The position numbers and the translations under genes are program-made. Shown here piece after piece: positions 40,911 through 50,971 of a stretch of DNA of 64,000 nt. Origin of the DNA: an uncultured Gemmatimonadales bacterium. GTDB lineage: Bacteria; Gemmatimonadota; Gemmatimonadetes; Longimicrobiales; RSA9. The notes beneath the pieces were generated by a model, which saw only the letters and a list, made by a program, of their open reading frames with translations, searched no databases and was not told the origin of the DNA. The stretch lies in NCBI GenBank assembly GCA_963798085.1, contig CAWCRS010000009.1:64001-128000 (forward strand), read 5' to 3'. Numbering within the stretch: the stretch's first letter is position 1; each line of letters opens with the position of its first letter.

Positions 40911-41254
40911 GGTGTCGCCTCCTCCTCACGGTGATGCAGTTTGCGCCGGCCCTCCGGCGCGTTCGCACTGTTGGAATCACTGGCCTGGCCGCTTTCTGAC
41001 GCTCGCCCCGCCCCGCCGCAGGCGCTCGACGGAACGCGCGCACCGCATGGCTCTCACCCGTGCGCGCGGTGCTGTCAGAAGACCCGGATGCCAGTGATTC
41101 CATGAGCGGGGGGAGGACCGGGACGGGGTGTCCGATACTCAGGAAGGGGCAGAGAAACGGCGGCGAGCCGGAGCGGCATCGTCGCCTGCAATCCGCTGCC
41201 AACGCGCACCCGCAGTCAGAACGGTCTGTTACAGGCGCTGATCGGAGCCGATGG

Positions 41255-43792
41255 ATGCGTCACGCGATCCTCATCACGCTGCTGCTGCTGTCAGGCGAGG
41301 CTGCACGAAGCCGTGCGGGCCTGCAGGCGCAGCTGCGCGCGACCGAGGGCGAGGTGGCAGGCGTGGTAGTGGACGCGGCGACGGGCGGGCCGCTGCCGCA
41401 GGTCATGGTCAGCCTCGAGCCGATGCCTTCGGGCCTCGTATCGAGCTCGGGGTCCAACACGCTGTCAGCTGCGCGCGTGACCGAAACCGATGCGCACGGC
41501 GGCTATCGCTTCGCGGGCGTAACGCCGGGACGCTACCGCTTGCGCGTGGCGCGCATTGGTTATCGGTCGACGACGCTGGACGTCAATGTGCGCCGCCCGA
41601 TGGATGCGCGCGTTTCCGTCGCGCTCGAGCTGGAGCCGGTGCAGCTGGAGGCGGTGAGCGTGCACGAGTCCGCGCAGCCGCCGTTCCGCCGCGTCGCGGA
41701 CCGCCTGGATGAGCCGGCCGCCGCGCGCACCCTTTTCGAGCGCGATCGCCAGGCGCAGTTCGTGACGGCGGACGCACGCGCGCTCACGTACGCCGATGTC
41801 GTCGAGAGCGTGACGCTGGGCGAGACCGACGTGTTTCGCGCGCTGCAGCGGTTCCCGGGCGTGGCCACGCGCGATGACTACACGGCCGAGCTGTGGACGC
41901 GCGGCGCGCCCTGGGCGCAGACGCGCGTGACGTTCGATGGCCAGCCGCTCTTCAATCCGGTGCACGGCGTCGGCGTATTCTCCGCTGTGCCGCCCGAGAT
42001 CCTGGGCGCGGTGTTCTTCCAGCCAGGCTACCGCTCGGTTTCCATGGGCGAGGGCGCGGCTGGCGTGGTGGATCTGCGCACGCGCGGCGGCGGCGGCCAC
42101 GGTGAGCTGCGCGGCGCGGCCGACGTGTCGATGGCGAGCGCGCGACTCGAGCTGGACCAGCGCCCCGCTGATCGCGTCGGCTGGATCGTGTCGGCGCGTC
42201 GTTCGTACTTCAATGTGCTGAAGGGCGGCCTCGATTTCCTGGGTGTGCCGCAGCTCGATCTGCCCTACGAATTCCACGACCTCAGCGCCCGCGTCGATGT
42301 GCAGCTGGACGCGCGCCGCTCGCTGGAGACCAGCGCACTGCTCGAGGATGACAGGCTGTTTGGCGATGTGCAGGGGATCCTGGCCAGCACGCACGCGGAG
42401 TGGGGCAACGCCGTGGCGCGCATGACCCTGCATTCGCTCATCGCCTCACTGCAGGCGACGCACACGCTGGGCATCTCGCGCTACCGCTCGAGCGTGCAGG
42501 AGGCGGGGGACAGCACACCGGACGGCCGGCCGGGCCCATGGGTCGAGCCGGCCGCCGATAACCGCGTTGTCAGCATTCGCTGGTCGACGACGCTGGAGCC
42601 GTCTTCGTCGCCGGGGCGATCGCCTGCGTGGAGCGCCGGCCTCGAAGTGGTTTCGCAGAGCCTGCACTACGACGGACCCGAACCGCGCTTCTATCCTGTG
42701 CGGCCCGACACCACCGTGCGCGTGCTGCGCGCTGACGCCGGCTGGAATGCCGGCGCCTGGTTCGAATTGCGCCGCCAGTACGCGCGGCTCACGCTGGTGC
42801 CGGGACTCAGGCTGGAGGGCGGCAGCGCCATCGCGTCCTTCAATGGCGCGGCCGGGCTGGCGGGCGTGCCGCGCACGGGCGGTGTACAGCAAGGCTCGCT
42901 GCGTGCGGCGCCGCGACTGGCCGCACGGCTTGCGCTGACACCGCTGTTATCACTCTCCGCATCGGCCGCGCGCAGCTGGCAGTACCTGCAGGCCATTGCG
43001 CTGGCGGGACCCAGTGCGCACCCGCTCTTTCACGCCAGCCAGTTCTGGCTGCTCGCAGGGGATGCCGCGCCCGCGATCCGCGCCAATGCCGTTACGCTGG
43101 GCGCGGAGCAATGGCTGGGCAGCGGCTGGCTGGCATCGGCGACCGCCTACGCGCGCCACGCGGTGGGTGTCGCGCTGCCCGATCCGAGGCCGGGCTCCAC
43201 CGAGGGCCGCCCGCTGTTCGTGACCGGCGAGAACCAGGCGAGCGGACTCGAGCTGGGACTGCGTCGCGTGGCGGGTGGCTGGACCGCCGCGCTCGGCTGC
43301 ACGCTGGGTCGCTCCGCGATGGAAGCGGCGGGATTGCGGTTTCCGGCCAGCACGGATCGCGCGCGCCGGCTGGACGCGACGGCATCCTTCCGCATCGGGC
43401 GCGCGCTGCAGCTGGGCGGCGCCTACTCCGCCATGAGCGGCGCGCCGTACACACGCGTGCAGACTCGGCTGCGCAACGCGGACTGTCAGGAGTTCGGCTT
43501 CGGCTGCAGCGGCCCGGCGGGTGTGGTCGAGGCGCCCAACACGCGCCGCACACCCGCGTGGCAGAGTCTGGACCTGAGCGCCACGCTGACACGGGCGTTC
43601 GGGCGCACGCAGGCGAGTCTGTACCTGCAGCTGCGCAATGTCACGGGCCGCGACAACGCGGTCACCTATTCGCACAGCTACTACACACCGGTCCGCCGGC
43701 CCGATGGCACGGGCGAAGAAATCCTCTGGCAGGATCAGTTCGAGCGTGGCCTGCCCCGCCTGCCACTGGTGGGCGCGCGTGTCACCTTCTGA
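41255..43792 (+). CDS. TonB-dependent receptor-like protein with N-terminal carboxypeptidase-regulatory-like domain
   Basis: GVVVDAATGGPL..TDAHGGYRF..RIGY; plug DVFRALQRFPGV; terminal RVTF. Confidence 0.85.
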   Translation: MRHAILITLLLLSGEAARSRAGLQAQLRATEGEVAGVVVDAATGGPLPQVMVSLEPMPSGLVSSSGSNTLSAARVTETDAHGGYRFAGVTPGRYRLRVARIGYRSTTLDVNVRRPMDARVSVALELEPVQLEAVSVHESAQPPFRRVADRLDEPAAARTLFERDRQAQFVTADARALTYADVVESVTLGETDVFRALQRFPGVATRDDYTAELWTRGAPWAQTRVTFDGQPLFNPVHGVGVFSAVPPEILGAVFFQPGYRSVSMGEGAAGVVDLRTRGGGGHGELRGAADVSMASARLELDQRPADRVGWIVSARRSYFNVLKGGLDFLGVPQLDLPYEFHDLSARVDVQLDARRSLETSALLEDDRLFGDVQGILASTHAEWGNAVARMTLHSLIASLQATHTLGISRYRSSVQEAGDSTPDGRPGPWVEPAADNRVVSIRWSTTLEPSSSPGRSPAWSAGLEVVSQSLHYDGPEPRFYPVRPDTTVRVLRADAGWNAGAWFELRRQYARLTLVPGLRLEGGSAIASFNGAAGLAGVPRTGGVQQGSLRAAPRLAARLALTPLLSLSASAARSWQYLQAIALAGPSAHPLFHASQFWLLAGDAAPAIRANAVTLGAEQWLGSGWLASATAYARHAVGVALPDPRPGSTEGRPLFVTGENQASGLELGLRRVAGGWTAALGCTLGRSAMEAAGLRFPASTDRARRLDATASFRIGRALQLGGAYSAMSGAPYTRVQTRLRNADCQEFGFGCSGPAGVVEAPNTRRTPAWQSLDLSATLTRAFGRTQASLYLQLRNVTGRDNAVTYSHSYYTPVRRPDGTGEEILWQDQFERGLPRLPLVGARVTF

Positions 43793-43808
43793 TCGGCAAC
43801 AGACTGTT

Positions 43809-44303
43809 ATGGACGCCGCCAGCCTGTACGCAGAGCATCACCCGGCGCTGCTCCGCTATCTGGTGCGCCTCACCGGTGACAGCGAGCTGGCGGCGGACGC
43901 GGCGCAGGAGACGTTCACCCGGCTGCTGGAGCGGCCGCCGCGCGATGAGAAGCCGCGCGCCTGGCTGTTCACGGTGGCGACCAACGTGGTGCGCGCCTGG
44001 TCCAACAGCCAGCGTCGGCGGCGCGAGCTGGTGCTGGCCAACGGCGAGCGCGCCACGGCCGGCAATGCGCCACTCTCGCCGCATGCCGCGACCGAAGCGA
44101 ACGAGACACAGCGCATGGTGCGCGCCGCGCTGGACACACTGACCGACAGGGAGCGCACGGTGCTGCTCATGCGCGAGGAAGGCTTCTCGCACCGCGAGAT
44201 CGCCGACGCCGTGGGCACGACCACCGGCTCGGTGGGCACCATGATTGCCCGTGCGCTGGACAGGCTGGCGGCGCGACTGCCGCTTGACGCGGAGGACCTG
44301 TGA
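43809..44303 (+). CDS. ECF sigma factor
   Basis: AADAAQETF, AWLFTVATN, EGFSHREIA...GSVGTMIARA. Confidence 0.92.
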   Translation: MDAASLYAEHHPALLRYLVRLTGDSELAADAAQETFTRLLERPPRDEKPRAWLFTVATNVVRAWSNSQRRRRELVLANGERATAGNAPLSPHAATEANETQRMVRAALDTLTDRERTVLLMREEGFSHREIADAVGTTTGSVGTMIARALDRLAARLPLDAEDL

Positions 44304-44305
44304 CC

Positions 44306-45142
44306 ATGACGACGACGAATCCATCTCCGGGTCGCGCCGCGACTGACGCGGACCTGGTTCGCTACCTCGATGGCGAGCTGAGCGCAGCCGAGCGCGCCGC
44401 CCTGGAGGCCGTGCTGGCCACGGATGCGGCTTCGGCCGCACGGCTGGAGCAGCTGCGCCGGCGCAGCCGCCGCCTGCACACGCTGTTAGCCGCGGCCGAT
44501 CCCGTGGCGGACACGTCCGTGCAACCCGCCGTGGACGTGCCGGAGCCGCACGCGGCAGCGCCGGCGGCTGCGGCGCGCCCGGTCCTCTCGCTGGGCGAAG
44601 TGCGGGCGGCACGCACCGGCGCCGCGGCCGGCTCGGGGCGGGTCTGGCTGCGCGCGGCCATCTTCATCGGTGTGCTGCTGACAGGTGTGTTTGCGGTGCC
44701 GCCGGTGCGCGCGTGGGTGCTGGATCGGCTGGACCATGTGCTGCATGGATCAGGCGACGCTGCCGCCGCCTCGCCTGCTCCGCTTCTGCCGGCCGTGGAA
44801 CCGGATCCCGGTCTGGGCATCAGCTTCCCCGCCGCGGGCGCCAGCTTCGACATCGAGCTGACCCGTGCCCAGTCCGGCGGGCGCCTGGCGCTGCGCGCCG
44901 GCCGCGCGGATTCGGCCGGCATCGTGATCCGCGGCAATGGTGTGAGCACGCTCAAGCTGCCGCAGGGTGTGCGCATCGAGAACGCGACGGCCGCAACAGC
45001 GAGTTATACGGTGACCGTGCCCGCCAGTGCGCAGCGGGTGACGGTTCGCGTACCCGGCCGGCCACTGCTCACGTTCACACACGAGCAGCTGGCGCAGCAA
45101 CCGGTGATCGAGCTGGGCCGGACGGCGCCGCCCGGGCGCTGA
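44306..45142 (+). CDS. Membrane anti-sigma factor
   Basis: LVRYLDGEL N-terminal domain, one TM helix, periplasmic beta domain; directly after the sigma factor. Confidence 0.78.
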   Translation: MTTTNPSPGRAATDADLVRYLDGELSAAERAALEAVLATDAASAARLEQLRRRSRRLHTLLAAADPVADTSVQPAVDVPEPHAAAPAAAARPVLSLGEVRAARTGAAAGSGRVWLRAAIFIGVLLTGVFAVPPVRAWVLDRLDHVLHGSGDAAAASPAPLLPAVEPDPGLGISFPAAGASFDIELTRAQSGGRLALRAGRADSAGIVIRGNGVSTLKLPQGVRIENATAATASYTVTVPASAQRVTVRVPGRPLLTFTHEQLAQQPVIELGRTAPPGR

Positions 45143-45148
45143 GACGGG

Positions 45149-45745
45149 CTACTTTGCGTCCACCACCGACTGGTACCTCGCCGCATCGGCGGGCCGATTC
45201 CAGTCCGTGTACAGGCGAACCAGGGTGCGCGCAGTCTGCTGCGTGTAGCCATCGCGCGGGCCGCGCTGCCGGCGCAGCGCCTCGAAACCGGAAGTCAGGA
45301 GCGGCTCCGCCTCGGCGAACTGCTGTTGCGCGGCCAGGCAGGTGCCGAGCACGACGCGCGCACGAACCACCCGCCAGTCGTCCGGCGGGTGGGCACGCGG
45401 CTCCGCCGCGTAGAGGCGGCGGAGTACGGCCTCGGCCGGCGGGCGCCGGCCCAGCGCGAGCAGCGCGTAGCCGTAGTTGAACAGCGGCTCCGCGAAACGC
45501 GGATCATCACCGGCCGAGTCCAGCGCCGTCACGGCATCGTGCAGAATGGGCTCGGCCTCCGCAAACCGATTCTGCGCGATCAATGCGGCGCCGAGGTTCC
45601 CTGCCACGAGCGCGGTCGTGACGTGCGAAGGGCCACGCAGGCGGCCATAGAGCTGCCACGCCTCGCGCAGCGGCGGCTCGGCGCGCACCGGCATGCCTGC
45701 ATCGCTCAGAAAGGTCCCGTAATCATTGAGCACGCTGGCCAGGAC
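45149..45745 (-). pseudogene. C-terminal TPR fragment (kinase-TPR-type tail)
   Basis: NLGAALIAQNRFAEAEPIL, LGTCLAAQQQFAEAEPLL, LVRLYTDW; no native N-terminus. Confidence 0.6.
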
Positions 45746-46073
45746 CGCGACAGACAGCCATGGCAGCACGGGCACCGCGAGCGTGAGCATTGCGATCGTC
45801 GCGGGCGGAACCGTGACCGGCGAGGTGACCGTGTACGGCGAGCCGGTGCCGGGCACCACGGTGCAGCTGTCGGGTCAGGGCGCGACACGAACGACGACCA
45901 CGGACAACGCCGGCGGCTACACGTTCACCGCCGTGCCCGCCGGCACCTGGACCGTCACGATCTTTCCGCACTACGGGAATTTCGCGTCGACGACTCGGAC
46001 CGTAACCGTCGCCGCGGGGCAGACAGTGGTGGCGAATTTCGCCGGCGTGGCGCTGGTGCTGCCGGCTTCCTGA
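45744..46073 (+). pseudogene. C-terminal fragment: end of a PKD/Ig domain plus a carboxypeptidase-regulatory-like domain
   Basis: TATDSHGSTGTASVSI...TTTDNAGGYTFTAVPAGTWTV; no signal peptide. Confidence 0.55.
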
Positions 46074-46182
46074 CACGCTGTCAGAGCGATGGCGCGCGCC
46101 GGTCGTCGTGTGCAGGCAAGCCCGGACGAGATCGCACGCCGGCGCCGATCGCACGGCTGTGGCGATGCGCCCGGGCCGGCCG

Positions 46183-46881
46183 TTACGGTTCGCGCCGGCC
46201 CAGCAGCCGCTCGACTTCCTGCTGCGCGGACAGCTCGTGCACCACGTTCTCGACCTCGCGCTTCACGCGACCCAGGGCTTCCGCGTCGCGCAGGATGACA
46301 GCCCCGTGCAGGTCGGAGAGGCCCGAGATCAGCTGGCCGGTACGCGCCTCGAGGAAGTCGATGACATCGGAGAGGCCGCGCGTGCCGGCGCCGCGGTTGC
46401 CCCCCGCCTGCGACGCTTCCTGCAGCAGCTGTACCGTGCGCAGGTCGCGCTGCGTCACGTGCAGGTGCCCGACCAGTTCCGAAGTGACGCGCGCGACCGA
46501 CTCGTCAATGCCCGGGTGGTTGAGGATGCGCTTCGCCATCTCTTCCGCCACGCGCAGCCGCGGATCCGTGGGCGCGCCCGCGATCTCCAGCGACATCTGG
46601 ACGCGCAGCTCATCCCAGCGCCGGATGATCTCGCGCGCGACACGGGCATGGCGCATGGGCGGCAGGAAGTAGATGGTGACCAGCGCCGCCAGGAAGATGC
46701 CCCACCAGAAGATCGGGATGAACTGGTAGCCTACCTCGATGCTGGCAAACCAGTACCACGCCGAGCCCAGCCCCCCCGCCACACCCAGCCCGATGCCCAA
46801 ATGCCGGATCGTCGCTTCCGCCTTCTCGACAGCCTTCGGCTTCTCCAGCTCATCCGCCGGAACCGGCCAATTCTCCTCCAT
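46183..46881 (-). CDS. Hypothetical 2-TM membrane protein with helical C-terminus
   Basis: GGAGAGG RBS; two TM helices; coiled-coil-like tail. Confidence 0.7.
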   Translation of the reverse strand: MEENWPVPADELEKPKAVEKAEATIRHLGIGLGVAGGLGSAWYWFASIEVGYQFIPIFWWGIFLAALVTIYFLPPMRHARVAREIIRRWDELRVQMSLEIAGAPTDPRLRVAEEMAKRILNHPGIDESVARVTSELVGHLHVTQRDLRTVQLLQEASQAGGNRGAGTRGLSDVIDFLEARTGQLISGLSDLHGAVILRDAEALGRVKREVENVVHELSAQQEVERLLGRREP

Positions 46882-46983
46882 GTTGGCCTCTCCTTCGGAG
46901 TTGGCGTGAGGCCCCGGGGGTCAGAGTGGCGAGGCCCATCAGGCACAGCCCAGGATGTTGTGGCTGCCCACGCAAACAACAGC

Positions 46984-47152
46984 ATCACACAGGGGTCACA
47001 GGGGCACAGCGGGCACTGTGGACGACGACGACCTCACGCGGCACGCGGACGCTTCGGCCACCGACCCGGCAGAGGACGGATACACGTCAATGGAGTCGTC
47101 ACCCGCTCCATCCCGTGATCCGTCCTCCGCACCACTGTGTCCCCTGTGTGAT
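46984..47152. repeat. Palindromic intergenic element
   Basis: ATCACACAGGGG (46984-46995) pairs with CCCCTGTGTGAT (47141-47152); inner ggacggatacacg/cgtgatccgtcc. Confidence 0.6.
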
Positions 47153-47243
47153 AACAATCCGTCAAGATCCGTTCTCAGCGTCCTCCATCGTCCTCGCGCC
47201 GGTACGCAGCGCCCTCCAGCCGCACTCCGGCCTCCTCAGCCCA

Positions 47244-50163
47244 TCACCGCGACCCGCTGCTCTGCTCCGTGGCCACCTTCTTCTCGGTGACCAGCTCGAG
47301 GCCGAGTGTCCTGCCTTTCTTGATCGCGGGCACGCCATCGGCCATCCACACGGGCATGGGTGTGCCCTTGAGGTAATGGTCGAAGAACTGCTGCATGCGA
47401 ATGGTCCAGTCCTTCCGGTTCTGCGCCTTGGTCAGGCCGTGGTCCTCACCGTTGTAGTCGAGCATCCATGTGGTCTTGCCCAGGCGGCGCAGCGCGGTGA
47501 AGTACTCGATGCCCTGGTACCAGGGCACCGCGCCGTCGGCGTCGTTGTGCATCATGAGCAGCGGCGTCTCGACCTTGTCGGCCCAGAAGATGGGCGAGTT
47601 CTCGATGAAGTGCATGGGCGCTTCCCAGAGCGTGCCGCCGATACGGCTCTGCGTCTTCTCGTACTGGAACTCGCGGCTCATGCCGGTGCCCCAGCGGATA
47701 CCGCCATAGGCGCTGATCATGTCGGACACGGGCGCGCCCGCTTCGGCCGCGGCGAACAGGTTGGTGCGCGTGACGAGATAGCCGACCTGGTAGCCGCCCC
47801 AGGAGTGGCCCTGCATGCCCACGTGCTTTTCGTCGACGTAGCCCTTGCTGATCAGGCTGAGCACGCCGGGCACGATGGCCTTGAGCGCGCTCTCGCCCGG
47901 ATAGCCGTGCGGTAGGGAATGTCGGGCGTGAACACGAGGTACCCGCGGCTCACGTAGAACGCGATGTTGATGCTGGAGCTGCCCGGAGTCGGCGCCACGT
48001 AGTTGTGCAGCTGGTCGGAGAGGCGCTCGTAGAAGTAGACCATCATCGGGCTACTTCTTCGAGGCATCGAAGTTCTCCGGCTTGTAGCAGCACGCCCTGC
48101 AGCATCTCGCCATCCTGGCCGGAGCGCCACTCGACCAGCTCGGACGTGCCCCAGACGTAGTCCTTCTGCTGCGGGTTGGCGTCGCTCATGCGCTTCTGGT
48201 CGCTGAAGTCGGGGCCGCTCACGTAGAGGTCCGGGAATTCCTCGAAGCTGCCGCGATTGTACAGCAGAACATTGGCGTTATCGGCCTTGCGCACACCGCC
48301 GCCGAAGCCGCCGCCGAACGATTTCGGCATCATGACCAGCTTCGAGGGCGGCGCGCCGGCGCCCAGGCGGTCGCGATAGAAGCCCGCGTCCTTGGTCTGG
48401 TAGTTGAACGCGGAGAGCAGCAACTCCTGGTTAGGCTTGATGGTCTGCTCCTCGGGATCGAGGCGCACGTAGCGCAGGCGCAGGTTCTCCCTGCGGCCCA
48501 CGCCGCCCGTGATGTTCTTCGGTTCCGTCTTGCCCGTGGGGTCCACGGACCAGATGTCGTCACGGTCGTAGATCAGGAACTGGGCATCATTGTCAGTCCA
48601 GCCGGCGCTGCCGTAGGCGGGCGGCTGGTCCGGTGTGTCGTGCTCTTCCTGCTGCATGGGGAAGGGAATGGCCTTCGATACGTTGCTGACCTTGTGCGTG
48701 GCCACATCCATGACGTTCCAGTTCTCGTGATCCTCGTCCCACCAGGCCAGGTACTTGCCCGAAGGCGACAGCGCGGCGTTGCTGCCCAGGTGCTCGAGCA
48801 GCTTCTCGTGATCGCCGGTGCGCAGGTTCACGAGGTACACGTCGCTGTACGTCTGGTCCCACGAGATTTCCTTCTGGTACGGCAGGCTGTTGCGGCCCAG
48901 CGCGACATCAATGTCGCCGCGGTCGGCGAGCTGCAGGTCCGGCATCCCGGTGGACGCGAGCTGCAGGAGCCGGCCGTCCTTGAGGCTCACCATCGCCTGG
49001 TAGTTGCGACGCCGCTCCTGGTCCACCTGCTTCAGCTGCATGGGCTGCAGCAGTGGATCCGTCCACGCCCACACGTCCACCACCACCTTCTCATCGTCCG
49101 GCGTGGTGTCCTTCACTTCGGGCTCGGGCTTCGGGGCTGTGCCCAGGAAAAGGCGCAGTCCGTTGTGCGAGAAATTCGGCTCGCGGTATTCGCTCGCCGA
49201 CCAGCCCTGCGGCATGCCCGGCGTGGTGGGCGCGGCCACAGCCTTCGCGGCCGCTGCCTTGCCGTCCCAGTAGAACAGGCTGAACGCCGGCTGCTCCGCC
49301 GCATAGTCGTCACGATTCGTGAGGAAGGCGACCTGTTTGCCGCCTTCATCGATCGCGATGCCCTTGTAGTCACCCTTGCCCGAAGCCAGCGCGGTCACCT
49401 GACCGCTGCCCGTGTCCAGCGCGAAGGCGCCGTCGTTACTGCCATCCTTTGTCGACGTGGTGTAGATCAGCTTCGAGCCGTCCTTCGCAAATTCATAGTT
49501 AGTGACCAGCTCAATGCGCCGTTCCTGGCCGCTCGCCAGATTGCGCAGGACCAGCGGGCTGCCATCGGCCTTGCGGTCCTTGCTCGATTGCGGCCCCGTC
49601 CCTGCGCCGGCCCCACGGCCCGCGCCGCGACCCCGCCGCCGCCCCGGCCGCCCCGGCCATTGCCGCCCCCCGCGCTGTCCGCGCCCGGCTTGACCAGCTC
49701 GTACGCCACCCATCCGCTGTTCTCGGCGGGCAGCTTGAAGTTGCGCAGCTTTTCCGCCCGCGCCACGACCTGGCCCGTGCTCAGGTCCAGGATGCCGAGC
49801 GAGTCCTGCGGCATCTGGTCCGCCTTCACCTTGTCCTTCTTCGCCTGCTTCACCGCCTCCTTCGACGGCTTGATGTGGAAGACCACGAAGCGGGCATCCT
49901 TCGTGAACTCACCCGCCTCGCCGCGTTCGATCACGTGTTCCGTGCCGCTGCCCACGCTCTTCACGTGGAGCTTCGAGTCATTGGCCTCGGAGCTGACCGT
50001 GAAGAGCACCCAGCGGCCATCCGCCGAGATCGACTGTCCCGCGATGCGGTTCCAGAATGTCGTAGTCGCTGTGGTCCAGCGGCTTCTTCGCCTGGGCCGC
50101 GAGTGCCGAAGCGGCGAACAGCGACGTCGTGAGGGAGAGGAGCAGAGTCCGGGTCGTGCGCAT
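47244..50163 (-). CDS. S9 prolyl oligopeptidase family protein, several frameshifts
   Basis: Signal MRTTRTLLLSL; GHSWGGY nucleophile, HNDADGAVPWYQG, GEDHGL; pieces in about 5 ORFs. Confidence 0.85.
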
Positions 50164-50290
50164 TGGCGCCATCCTGAGAGGAGGAGATTGGCCTTGCCGA
50201 AGCCTGAGCCGCCGGGGCGGGACGCAGGGCTGCGCAATATGAAGCAATTCTGCATTGCCCGACAAGGAAGGGCGCTATCAACGCCCGATG

Positions 50291-50553
50291 ACGGCGTTGC
50301 TCGGGCTGGTTGCTGGGGCTGGTTGCCTGGGAACGACGGCAACGGATTCAATGGCGTTTCTGCGGCGAGGGCTGGGAACAGAGACTCGCGCTGGATCGGG
50401 AAGCCGCTCGTGCCCGTGCCCGCGTCCGACCCCTGAACCCGACCCTTGCCCTCACCCTTTCCCGACGTCGCTGCGGCTGGGCGCGGGAAAGCGCTTCATC
50501 CGTCAATTCGTTCCCCAGCCACCAGCCCGAGCAACCAGCCCCAGCAACGCCGT
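50291..50553. repeat. MITE/REPIN-like element with ~46-bp imperfect terminal inverted repeats
   Basis: 50291-50336 is a near reverse complement of 50508-50553. Confidence 0.75.
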
Positions 50554-50614
50554 TCGCCAACCCGCCTTCCCAAGCCGGAAACTATCTTCTATTCTGAAGA
50601 TTATGCGAAAACGC

Positions 50615-50971
50615 ATGCAATCGCTGAGCGAGCAGGCGGCGCAGCGCGTGCCGCTGCGGCCGGCGGCGCTCGCCGTGCTCACGGCACTGGCCAGAGGGCC
50701 GCGCGCCGGGTTCGAGATCCTGGAATTCGTGAATGCGACAATGCCGGGCAGCGGCCTGTTCGGGCCGGGCACGTTCTACCGGCTGCTGCGCGAGCTGCGG
50801 CAGGAAGGCCTGGTGCAGCGTACGACGGCGCCCGGGATGGCGGCGGGCGACGAGCGGCGCACGTACAGCGAACTCACGCCGCTGGGCCAGGCGACGCTGC
50901 AGGCGGAAGCGGCGCGGCTGCGCCGCACATTCAATGCGGCGGGTTTGCTCGATCTGTTGCGTGAGGCGTGA
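50615..50971 (+). CDS. PadR family regulator
   Basis: VLTALARGPRAGFEI...GPGTFYRLL...ERRTYSELTPLG. Confidence 0.88.
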   Translation: MQSLSEQAAQRVPLRPAALAVLTALARGPRAGFEILEFVNATMPGSGLFGPGTFYRLLRELRQEGLVQRTTAPGMAAGDERRTYSELTPLGQATLQAEAARLRRTFNAAGLLDLLREA

